A stretch of DNA of 64,000 nucleotides, from NCBI GenBank assembly GCA_032654565.1, contig JAULAX010000015.1, positions 96,001 to 160,000 of the forward strand, in the 5' to 3' direction. Positions 56,557 through 64,000 of the stretch are shown piece after piece (position 1 is the stretch's first letter; each line of letters begins with the position of its first letter). The position numbers and the translations under genes were made by a program. The notes beneath the pieces were generated by a model. It had not been told where the DNA came from. It ran no database searches and was given only the letters and a program-made list of their open reading frames with translations. Source of the DNA: Anaeromyxobacteraceae bacterium. Lineage in GTDB: Bacteria > Myxococcota > Myxococcia > Myxococcales > Anaeromyxobacteraceae.

Positions 56557-56898
56557 TCAGCTGGCGGTGATCAGGCTGACCATCTCGTCCTCGGTGAGCC
56601 GGTCCTTGCGGACCAGGTCGAGGGCGTGGCGGAGGGCGTGCACGCCGCGGTCGAGCATCACCTCGGCGTTGGCGTAGTCCCGGTGCAGGATGGAGATGAG
56701 CGCCTCCCGCTCCCAGCTGCTCCAGACGGCGCGGCAGTGGCCCGCCAGCCTGGACCCCGGCCCGGCGTCGGCGGCGATCACCGCCAGGTGGCGGTCGGCC
56801 GACTCGCGCAGCGCCTGGATGGTGGCCCAGGGGCTCTCCACGTGCGGCGAGTAGCGGAAGGCCGGCTTGCTGCCGGGCTGGTGCGTCGCGGTCATCAT
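56557..56898 (-). CDS. Hypothetical helical protein (113 aa)
   Basis: Good codon bias; preceded by an ECF-like promoter motif. Confidence 0.7.
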   Translation of the reverse strand: MMTATHQPGSKPAFRYSPHVESPWATIQALRESADRHLAVIAADAGPGSRLAGHCRAVWSSWEREALISILHRDYANAEVMLDRGVHALRHALDLVRKDRLTEDEMVSLITAS

Positions 56899-56959
56899 GG
56901 AGAAGAGACCGCCCTGGACGGCCGATGTGACCGCGGCGCCCGCCCGGGGGTGGGTCGGA

Positions 56960-58693
56960 TCAGCGCAGCCTGGCCTCGACCCAGCCGCGCAGGGCGTTGA
57001 CCAGCCAGAAACGGCCCGCCCGCCGCAGGTCGGCCTCGGTCAACGTCCGTTCACGCACCTGCCCGCTGGCCAGCAGCTCGGCCCGGAAGACCCCCGGCAG
57101 CAGCCCCGCCTCCCGCGGCGGCGTGAACCGGCCCCCGTCCAGCTCCACCACCAGGTTGGCGATGGTCCCCTCGGTCAGCTCCCCGGCCCGGTTCACCAGC
57201 AGCACGTCGAAGCAGTCGGGGCGCGCCTGCCGGCGCGAATCGTAGAAGCGGCGCGCCGTGGTCTTGTGGTAGCGGCCCGGGTCGGCGGCGTCGACCGGCC
57301 CGGGCGAGAGGGCCACCAGCGCCGGCCCCTCCAGCGGGGGCGGCAGCGCGGCCCGCTCCAGCCGGGGCGTGCCGTCGGGCGAGACCAGCAGCCGCAGCCT
57401 CGCCGCCCCGGCCTCCCGCGCCAGCAGCGCCCGGATGGCGTCGAGCCGGAGCGGCGTGGCGTGGTAGCGGGCCGAGCCGGCCAGCCGCGCCAGGTGGCGC
57501 TCCAGCAGGGCCACCCGCCCGCCCTCGAGCCGCATGGTCTCGAGCAGCGTGGGGGGCTCCGGGTCGAGGTCGAGCAGGGCCGCCTTGGCGCACAGCTCGT
57601 CCCACTCGGCGGCCGGCGTGGAGCCGAAGGTGATGCCGCCGCCGGCGCCGTAGCGGGCGGCCCCGGTGGCGAGATCCACCTCGGCGGTCCGGATGGCGAC
57701 GTTGAAGGCGCAGTCGCCGCCCGGGGCCACCACCCCGGCGGCGCCGCAGTAGGCGCCGCGCGGCGAGCGCTCCTCGGCGGCGATCAGCCTCATGGCGCTG
57801 GCCTTGGGGGCGCCGGTGACCGAGCCGCAGGGGAAGGTGGCGGCCAGCAGCGCCTCCAGCGTCACCGCCGGCGGGAGGCGGGCCTCGACGGTGGAGGTGA
57901 GCTGCCAGACGGTCCGGTAGCGCTCCGGCTCGAAGAGGGCGGTGGCGCGCACCGAGCCCAGCTCGGCGACCCGGCCGAGGTCGTTGCGGAGCAGGTCGGC
58001 GATCATGACGTTCTCGGCCCGCTCCTTCTGCGACGCCGCCAGCGCCCGGGCCGCCGCCTCGTCCTCCTCGGCCCAGCGCCCGCGGCGGGCCGTCCCCTTC
58101 ATGGGCCGGGTCACCACCCGGTCGCCCTGGCGTCGCAGGAAGAGCTCGGGCGAGGCCGACACCACCGCCCGGTCGCCGGTCCGCAGGTAGACGGTCTGCC
58201 CGCCCCCCTGGGCGGCGCGCAGCCTCCGGTAGAGCGCCAGCGGCTCGCCCTCGAGCCGGCCGTGGAGCCGCAGCGTCAGGTTGACCTGGTAGGCGGTGCC
58301 GGCGGCCAGCGCCTCGCGCAGCCGCTCCACCGCGGCGGCGTGGCCGGCCTCGGTGAGCTCCGGCTCCAGCCCCACCAGCCGGGCCTGGGCCGGCCCCCCG
58401 GGCGGCGGGCCGAGCGGCGCGTCGTGCAGGCCGAACCAGCAGAGCGGCCCCGGCCCCGCTTCACGGACAGTGAGGGCGGCGTCGAGGGCGGGGGCGGCCT
58501 CGTAGGCCAGGTAGCCCACCGCCCAGCGCCCGGCCCGGGCGGCGGCGTCGACCGCCCGCAGCGCCGGCCGCACCTCGTCGAGCGTGCGGGCCTCGATGAC
58601 CCGGAGCGGCGCGCCGAAGGCCAGGGGGCCGAACCGGGCGCCGTCCAGCTCGGCGACCGCGTGCACGGGATCGCTCCCACCACTCCCGCTCAT
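56960..58693 (-). CDS. pabB: Aminodeoxychorismate synthase component I fused to an aminotransferase class IV (ADC lyase) domain
   Basis: YQVNLT, SPELF, KERAENVMIADLLRND, FPCGSVTGAPK, then LLETM..EGTIAN..GLLPG. Confidence 0.9.
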   Translation of the reverse strand: MSGSGGSDPVHAVAELDGARFGPLAFGAPLRVIEARTLDEVRPALRAVDAAARAGRWAVGYLAYEAAPALDAALTVREAGPGPLCWFGLHDAPLGPPPGGPAQARLVGLEPELTEAGHAAAVERLREALAAGTAYQVNLTLRLHGRLEGEPLALYRRLRAAQGGGQTVYLRTGDRAVVSASPELFLRRQGDRVVTRPMKGTARRGRWAEEDEAAARALAASQKERAENVMIADLLRNDLGRVAELGSVRATALFEPERYRTVWQLTSTVEARLPPAVTLEALLAATFPCGSVTGAPKASAMRLIAAEERSPRGAYCGAAGVVAPGGDCAFNVAIRTAEVDLATGAARYGAGGGITFGSTPAAEWDELCAKAALLDLDPEPPTLLETMRLEGGRVALLERHLARLAGSARYHATPLRLDAIRALLAREAGAARLRLLVSPDGTPRLERAALPPPLEGPALVALSPGPVDAADPGRYHKTTARRFYDSRRQARPDCFDVLLVNRAGELTEGTIANLVVELDGGRFTPPREAGLLPGVFRAELLASGQVRERTLTEADLRRAGRFWLVNALRGWVEARLR

Positions 58694-58821
58694 CGGTCAC
58701 CCCGAGGAGCGTGGGGGGAGACCGGTTCCGGGCCAGGGTCGCCGTGGTCCACGCCGTGGTTCACGGCACGGACCATGGCACGGCCGGCGCCCCGACCGCG
58801 ACCGCTGGGGCGCGGAGGGGG

Positions 58822-60189
58822 TCACCAGGTGTCGGCGCCGTGGCAGCCGGTGCAGGCCCGGGTGGCGGGGTTCCAGGCGGTGACCCGGTTGCCGACCTGG
58901 ACCAGGCCGTCGACGTGGGTGGCCAGGTTGACGGTGGTGGTGGTGGAGCCCGGGTGGCAGTCGCCGCAGGAGCGGCTGGCGTGGGTGGGGTGCTGGCCGG
59001 TGGAGGGCGGCCGGCCGTGGCAGGCGCCGCAGGCGGCCTGGGCGCTGCCGCCGGTCCAGGTCGGCGAGGTGTTGCTGCCGCCGGAGAGGGTGGCGCCGTG
59101 GCAGGAGGTGGCCGAGCAGCCGACGCCGTTCCAGAGCGGGTTGGCGCCGCCGCGCCGGGCCGCCGCGCCGAAGGTGACGGTGGGCGTGCCGTCGACGTGG
59201 CCCAGGTCGGCCGGGACGGCGTGGCAGTCGCCGCAGGCCAGCGCCGCGCCGATGGCGCCGCCGGAGAGGTGGCGGGCGTGGGCCCCGACGGCCCGGTCGG
59301 TGCTGGCCACCTGTCCCTGGGTGCCGGCCGGCGGCGCCGCCAGCCTGAGCTGGGCCAGCGTCCAGCCGGAGGTGCGGGTGCCGTGGCAGAAGGTGCAGTT
59401 CGACTGCCAGCCGGCGCCGTGGCAGCTGGCGCAGGAGACCCCGGCGGTGCCGCCGTCGAGGGCGGGGCCGTGGCAGGCCTTGCAGCCGCCCAGCCCCTGG
59501 GCGTTGGCGGCGAAGCCGTGCTGGGCCACGTCGGCCCAGCCGGGCGGGTGGCCGCCGCTGGCCTCCACCGAGCCGTTGATGTGGAAGCCGCCGGCCACGT
59601 CGATGCTGCCATCCGGCTTGACGGTGCGCGGGTGGCAGCTGGCGCAGGTGGTGCTGGTGGCGGCGTGGCTCGGCGGTGGGGCGCCGTGGCAGGTGCCGCA
59701 GGCGGCCTGGGCGGCGCCGCCGGTCCAGGTCGGCGACCGGTTGGTGCCGCCGGCGGCGAGCGTGGCGCCGTGGCAGTAGGTGGTCGAGCAGGAGGCGGTG
59801 GCCGGGTCGAAGCGCGGGGTGGCGCCGTGGCGCAGGGCGAAGTCGGCGCCGCTGAAGACCACCTCGACCACGCCGTTGGCGTGGAGCGGGCTGGTCGGCA
59901 CCGCGTGGCACTCCCGGCAGGCGATGGCGCCGCGGAGCGCGCCGCCGTGCAGGTGGGCGAGGTGGGCGCCGACCCCGGGGGCGGTGGCCGAGCCGGACGG
60001 GCTGACCGGGGGGGCGGCGTTGACCAGCGGATCGACCTCGGTCCGCCGCGGGTCGCCGTGGCAGCCGGTGCAGGCGCTCACCTGGGGGCTGCCGGCGGCG
60101 AGCGGCGTGTCGATGGGGCGCTGCTTGTCGCAGCCGGCGAGCAGGACGGCGGCAAGGGCGAGCGCGACGGTCGACCGGGCGTTGAGCAT
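58822..60189 (-). CDS. Lipoprotein multiheme cytochrome with Geobacter-type CxxxxCH...CxxCH modules
   Basis: VLLAGC lipobox; 11 CxxCH plus CSTTYCH and CSATSCH; internal duplication. Confidence 0.88.
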   Translation of the reverse strand: MLNARSTVALALAAVLLAGCDKQRPIDTPLAAGSPQVSACTGCHGDPRRTEVDPLVNAAPPVSPSGSATAPGVGAHLAHLHGGALRGAIACRECHAVPTSPLHANGVVEVVFSGADFALRHGATPRFDPATASCSTTYCHGATLAAGGTNRSPTWTGGAAQAACGTCHGAPPPSHAATSTTCASCHPRTVKPDGSIDVAGGFHINGSVEASGGHPPGWADVAQHGFAANAQGLGGCKACHGPALDGGTAGVSCASCHGAGWQSNCTFCHGTRTSGWTLAQLRLAAPPAGTQGQVASTDRAVGAHARHLSGGAIGAALACGDCHAVPADLGHVDGTPTVTFGAAARRGGANPLWNGVGCSATSCHGATLSGGSNTSPTWTGGSAQAACGACHGRPPSTGQHPTHASRSCGDCHPGSTTTTVNLATHVDGLVQVGNRVTAWNPATRACTGCHGADTW

Positions 60190-60372
60190 GACCTGGATCA
60201 ATAGCATCGGTCGTGCCGGCGAGGCCCCGCTTCAGGCCCTCCGGCCCAGGTCCCAGAGAGGACGTAAGTAAGCGTCTTGTTTCGGGTTTGTGACGCCCGA
60301 TGGGGCGTGCGGCGCGGGCGCGCCAAAATGCGTTCGCCTGCGGAACGCCCGCAAGCCTTGCGATCCGGCCGG

Positions 60373-62718
60373 TCAGCCGCCGGCTCGGCGGAGGAACCGG
60401 GCCAGCACCCGCTTCTCGCCCGCCTCCCAGAAGTGGACGGTCACCTTGGCCTCGCGCCCGGCGCCGTCGCAGGCCAGCACCTTCCCCTCGCCCAGCACCT
60501 CGTGGGAGACCGTGTCACCGCGAGTGAACGGACGACCGCCGGCCTCGGGGCGCTGGTCGAAGCTGTAGTCGACGGTCCGCCCCTCGCCCCCGGGCCGGGG
60601 GCGGGCCGGGCCGGGCTGGGCGTGGGGCGACAGCTCGTCGTCCACCTCGATGAACGGCTCCCCGGGCAGCGCGCCGGGGTGGCGGCGGATCACCGGTCCG
60701 CGCGCCACCGTCGGCGCGGCCGGGGCGGCGGCCAGCCCGAAGAGGGCCGGCGGCAGGTCGGCGAGGAAGCGCGAGGGCTCGCGGGACCGGTAGACGGCCC
60801 CGCCCTCGCCGTAGCTCATGCGCCGCCGCGCCAGCGACAGCGTCAGCCGGCGCTTGGCCCGGGTCATGCCCACGTAGCAGAGCCGCCGCTCCTCGTCCTC
60901 GGCCGCCTGCCGCTCGGCGCCGGTCGACTCGTCCCAGGGGCGCTCGTGGGGCAGGGTGCCGTCCTCGAGCCCGCTGAGGAAGACGGCCTCGAACTCCAGC
61001 CCCTTGGCGGCGTGGAGCGTCATCAGCGCCACCCGCCCCTCGGGCGTCTCGGCGTCGGCCTCGCCGAGCAGGGCGATCTGCTCGAGGAAGCGGGCCAGCG
61101 CCGGCGGCGGCACCGGCTCGTCGGGGTCGTGCGAGGGCGGCTGCTCCGCCAGCTGCTCGTCGAACTCGCGGGCCGCGGCCACCAGCTCCACCAGGTTCTC
61201 GCGCCGCTCCTCGGCCTCGTCGGTCCGCTCCGCCTCGAGCCGGCCCAGCAGGCCGGAGCGCTGCAGCGTCGCCTCCACGGCGTCGCCGGCGTCCTGCTGG
61301 CCCACCGTGGCGCCCAGGGCGGCCAGGGCGTCGTGCAGCTCGACCAGGGCCCGCCGCGCCTGCGGCTTCACCCCCTCGATCCCGGCCGCCTCGGCCAGGG
61401 CCTCGAAGAGCGAGCACCCTCGCTCGGCGGCGTGGGCCCGCAGCCGCTCCACGGTCTTCTCGCCGATGCCGCGCGGCGGCCGGTTGACGATCCGCTCCAG
61501 GTCGAGGTCGCTGCGCGGCGAGAGGGCGAGGCGCAGGTAGGCGGCGGCGTCCTTGACCTCGGCGCGGTCGTAGAAGCTGGTGCCGCGGACGATGACGTAG
61601 GGGATGCGGGCGCTGCGCAGCTGGGCCTCGATGGGGCGGGACTGCGCGTTGGTCCGGTAGAGCACGGCGATCTGGTCGCCGCGGGTGCCGCGGCCCCGCT
61701 CGGCGGCCACCGCCCGGGTGATCCGCTCCGCCTCGTCGTGCTCGTCCTGCCCCACCAGCAGCGCCAGCGGGTCGCCCGGGCCGGCCTCGGTCCAGAGCTT
61801 CTTCTCCCGCCGCACCGCGGCCTTCTCGATGACGGCGTGGGCGGCGTCGAGGATGTTGCGGGTGGAGCGGTAGTTGCGCTCCAGCTTCACCACCCGGCAG
61901 CCGGTGAAGTCGGCGTCGAAGCCGAGGATGTTGCGCACGTCGGCGCCGCGCCAGCGGTAGATGGCCTGGTCGTCGTCGCCGACCACGCAGATGTTCCGGG
62001 CGGCGCCGGTGAGGTGGGCCAGCAGCCGGTACTGCACCGGGTTGGTGTCCTGGAACTCGTCCACCAGCACGTGGCGGAAGCGCCCCGACCAGCGGGCCCG
62101 CAGCGCCTCGTCCTCCTCCAGCATGCGCAAGGGGCGCACCAGCAGGTCGCCGAAGTCGACGGCGCCGGCCCGGGCCAGCGCCGCCTCGTACTTCTGGTAG
62201 AGGTCGCGGGCCGCCCCGCCAGAGAGATCGTGGTGCGGCACCTTCACCCGGGCCGGGGTGGTGGCCTCGTTCTTCCAGGCGTCGATGCGCCAGAGCACCT
62301 TGCGCGGCGTCAGCTGGTCGTCCTCGTCGAGGCGGGCCTCGGCGAAGAGCCGCTTCATGAGGCGGAGCTGGTCGTCGGTGTCGTAGATGGCGAAGGCCGG
62401 CGGCAGGCCGGCCCGGGCCGCCTCGCGCCGCAGGAAGCGGGCCCCGAAGGCGTGGAAGGTCTGCACCCAGAGCTCCTGCGCCGCCAGGCCGAGCAGGAGC
62501 TGGAGCCGGGACTTCATCTCGCCGGCCGCCTTGTTGGTGAAGGTGACGGCGAGGACGTGCCAGGGGAGCACCCGCTCCTCCAGCACCAGCCGGGCGATGC
62601 GGCTGACGATGACCCGGGTCTTGCCCGAGCCGGCGCCGGCCAGCACCAGCAGCGGCCCGTCGCCGTGCAGCACCGCCTCGCGTTGCGGATCGTTCAGGCC
62701 GTCGAGCAGGTCGGACAT
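60373..62718 (-). CDS. uvrD: UvrD/PcrA-family DNA helicase
   Basis: AGAGSGKT, TFTNKAA, VDEFQD, VVGDDDQAIY, NYRST, HAAKGLEF, EERRLCYVGMTRA. Confidence 0.95.
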   Translation of the reverse strand: MSDLLDGLNDPQREAVLHGDGPLLVLAGAGSGKTRVIVSRIARLVLEERVLPWHVLAVTFTNKAAGEMKSRLQLLLGLAAQELWVQTFHAFGARFLRREAARAGLPPAFAIYDTDDQLRLMKRLFAEARLDEDDQLTPRKVLWRIDAWKNEATTPARVKVPHHDLSGGAARDLYQKYEAALARAGAVDFGDLLVRPLRMLEEDEALRARWSGRFRHVLVDEFQDTNPVQYRLLAHLTGAARNICVVGDDDQAIYRWRGADVRNILGFDADFTGCRVVKLERNYRSTRNILDAAHAVIEKAAVRREKKLWTEAGPGDPLALLVGQDEHDEAERITRAVAAERGRGTRGDQIAVLYRTNAQSRPIEAQLRSARIPYVIVRGTSFYDRAEVKDAAAYLRLALSPRSDLDLERIVNRPPRGIGEKTVERLRAHAAERGCSLFEALAEAAGIEGVKPQARRALVELHDALAALGATVGQQDAGDAVEATLQRSGLLGRLEAERTDEAEERRENLVELVAAAREFDEQLAEQPPSHDPDEPVPPPALARFLEQIALLGEADAETPEGRVALMTLHAAKGLEFEAVFLSGLEDGTLPHERPWDESTGAERQAAEDEERRLCYVGMTRAKRRLTLSLARRRMSYGEGGAVYRSREPSRFLADLPPALFGLAAAPAAPTVARGPVIRRHPGALPGEPFIEVDDELSPHAQPGPARPRPGGEGRTVDYSFDQRPEAGGRPFTRGDTVSHEVLGEGKVLACDGAGREAKVTVHFWEAGEKRVLARFLRRAGG

Positions 62719-62779
62719 CGAGGCCGGGGAACATAGCGCATGGGGGCGGCCGGCTCACCCCGGCGGGGGGGGGGCTCAC

Positions 62780-62908
62780 CCCGACCGAGGGTTCCGGCGC
62801 GCGGACCATGGTCCGCCATCCGGCCGGTCCGCGCTCGGCCGCGGCCAGGAAGATCAAGGCCCTGGCCCTGAGCGTCCTGCGGTGGGGGCTGCGCCCGGCC
62901 TCGTGGGA
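62780..62908 (+). pseudogene. Collapsed remnant of a DUF4160/DUF2442-type cassette
   Basis: 62783-62816 matches 11751-11784 at 33/34 nt; 62874-62908 matches the DUF2442 3' end 12348-12382 at 31/35 nt (VLRWGLRPASW). Confidence 0.7.
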
Positions 62909-63002
62909 GGCCGAATCCGGGCGCGACGGAGGAGAGGCCGGGGAGACCCGGCCGTGGGGTCCCCGCCGGTCGCCCCGGCCCGCCCGGGGTAAGGTGCGCT
63001 CC

Positions 63003-64000
63003 GTGGCGGCGCCCGTCCATATCGTCCCGCTCGGCGGCCTCGGTGAGGTGGGCATGAACTGCCTCGCCGTCGAGGCCGGGGGCCGCATCGCCGTCATCGA
63101 CTGCGGCGTCCTCTTCACCGACGAGCCCTTCGGCGTCGACGTGCTCGCCCCCGACCTCGGCTGGCTCCTCGAGCGGCGCGAGCAGGTCGGCGCCGTGTTC
63201 CTCACCCACGGCCACGAGGATCACGTCGGCGCCCTCCCCTTCCTGCTGCGCCACCTGCCGGTGCCGGTCTACGGCACGCGCTTCACGCTGGCCATGGTGA
63301 AGGGCCGGCTGGAGGAGGCCGGGGTGAAGGCCGACCTGCGCGAGGTCGCCCCCGGCGACGTCTGCCCCGCCGGCGACGGCGCCCCGCTCCGGGCCGAGTT
63401 CATCGCCGTCACCCACTCCATCCCCGACGCCTGCGCGCTCAGCCTGACCACGCCGCAGGGGGTGATCGTCCACAGCGGCGACTTCAAGATCGACGAGCGG
63501 CCGGTGCGCGGCCCGGGCATGGACCTGGCGCGGCTGGCGGCGCTGGGGAAGGCCGGGGTCCGGCTGCTGCTCTCCGACTCCACCAACGCCGAGCGCCCCG
63601 GCTGGTCGCGCTCCGAGTCGGCGGTCGGCCCCGGGCTGCAGGACGCCATGGCCGAGGCCACCGGCCGGGTCTTCGTGGCCACCTTCTCCTCCAACGCCCA
63701 CCGGCTGCAGCAGGTGGTGGAGGCGGCGGCCAGCACCGGGCGCCGGCTGGCGCTGCTGGGCCGGGGCATGGTGCAGAACTTCGACATCGCCCGCGTGCTC
63801 GGCCAGCTCACCGAGCCGGGCTGGATGCCGGTGAACCCTGACGAGGCGCGCCGGCTGCCGCCGCGCGAGCTGGCGGTGCTGGTGACCGGCTCGCAGGGCG
63901 AGCCGCGGGCGGCGCTGGGGCGGCTGGCCCGCGGCGAGCACCCCGACCTCAAGGTCCACGCCGGCGACACCGTGCTCCTCTCCTCCCGCCAGATCCCCGG
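63003..64000 (+). CDS. rnj: Ribonuclease J (partial, runs off the right edge)
   Basis: PLGGLGEVGMN, THGHEDHVGA, VTHSIPD, HSGDFKID, SDSTNA, TGSQGEP. Confidence 0.95.
   Translation, partial: MAAPVHIVPLGGLGEVGMNCLAVEAGGRIAVIDCGVLFTDEPFGVDVLAPDLGWLLERREQVGAVFLTHGHEDHVGALPFLLRHLPVPVYGTRFTLAMVKGRLEEAGVKADLREVAPGDVCPAGDGAPLRAEFIAVTHSIPDACALSLTTPQGVIVHSGDFKIDERPVRGPGMDLARLAALGKAGVRLLLSDSTNAERPGWSRSESAVGPGLQDAMAEATGRVFVATFSSNAHRLQQVVEAAASTGRRLALLGRGMVQNFDIARVLGQLTEPGWMPVNPDEARRLPPRELAVLVTGSQGEPRAALGRLARGEHPDLKVHAGDTVLLSSRQIP

Noticed and set aside
60200..60370. GEMM-I riboswitch upstream of the lipoprotein cytochrome
   Set aside because: AAAC..GAAA..GACGC is loosely present but the stems and the following AAAGC are missing.
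62808..63002. 65-aa in-frame N-terminal extension of RNase J from ATG 62808 containing the DUF2442 tail
   Set aside because: The frame is open, but a TAAGGT -10 lies 7 nt before GTG 63003 and the RNase J motif begins there; probably coincidental.

Overview
Very GC-rich bacterial chromosomal window. Gene content (multiheme cytochromes, CbcL-like b/c cytochrome, ispE-spoVG-prs-rplY-pth-rpsF-rpsR-rplI, stand-alone mreB, futalosine-pathway mqnD) suggests an Anaeromyxobacter-like Myxococcota genome (inference). Most long ORFs in the supplied track are antisense or off-frame shadows. The backbone carries ars, dinB, glycogen genes, ribosomal proteins, argG, uvrD and rnj. Most interesting accessory signals: (1) an ECF sigma factor surrounded by three paralogous 56-57 aa single-TM proteins not called as such in the ORF track, each behind the same GTCAGAT-N14-TGTC-N9-GAAGGCGCG promoter-like motif; (2) a redox cluster with a sigma54-driven small membrane protein, an FNR-type promoter driving a 7-heme CbcL-like protein, and a 12-heme cytochrome translationally coupled to a histidine kinase and a sigma54 activator; (3) a DUF4160/DUF2442 cassette, a collapsed scar of a paralogous cassette 51 kb away, and a dispersed CC(C/T)GACCGAGGGT intergenic repeat; (4) widespread signatures of leaderless or very short-leader transcription. 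No tRNA, rRNA, CRISPR array or transposase was recognised. All family assignments come from reading motifs by eye; no database search was run.
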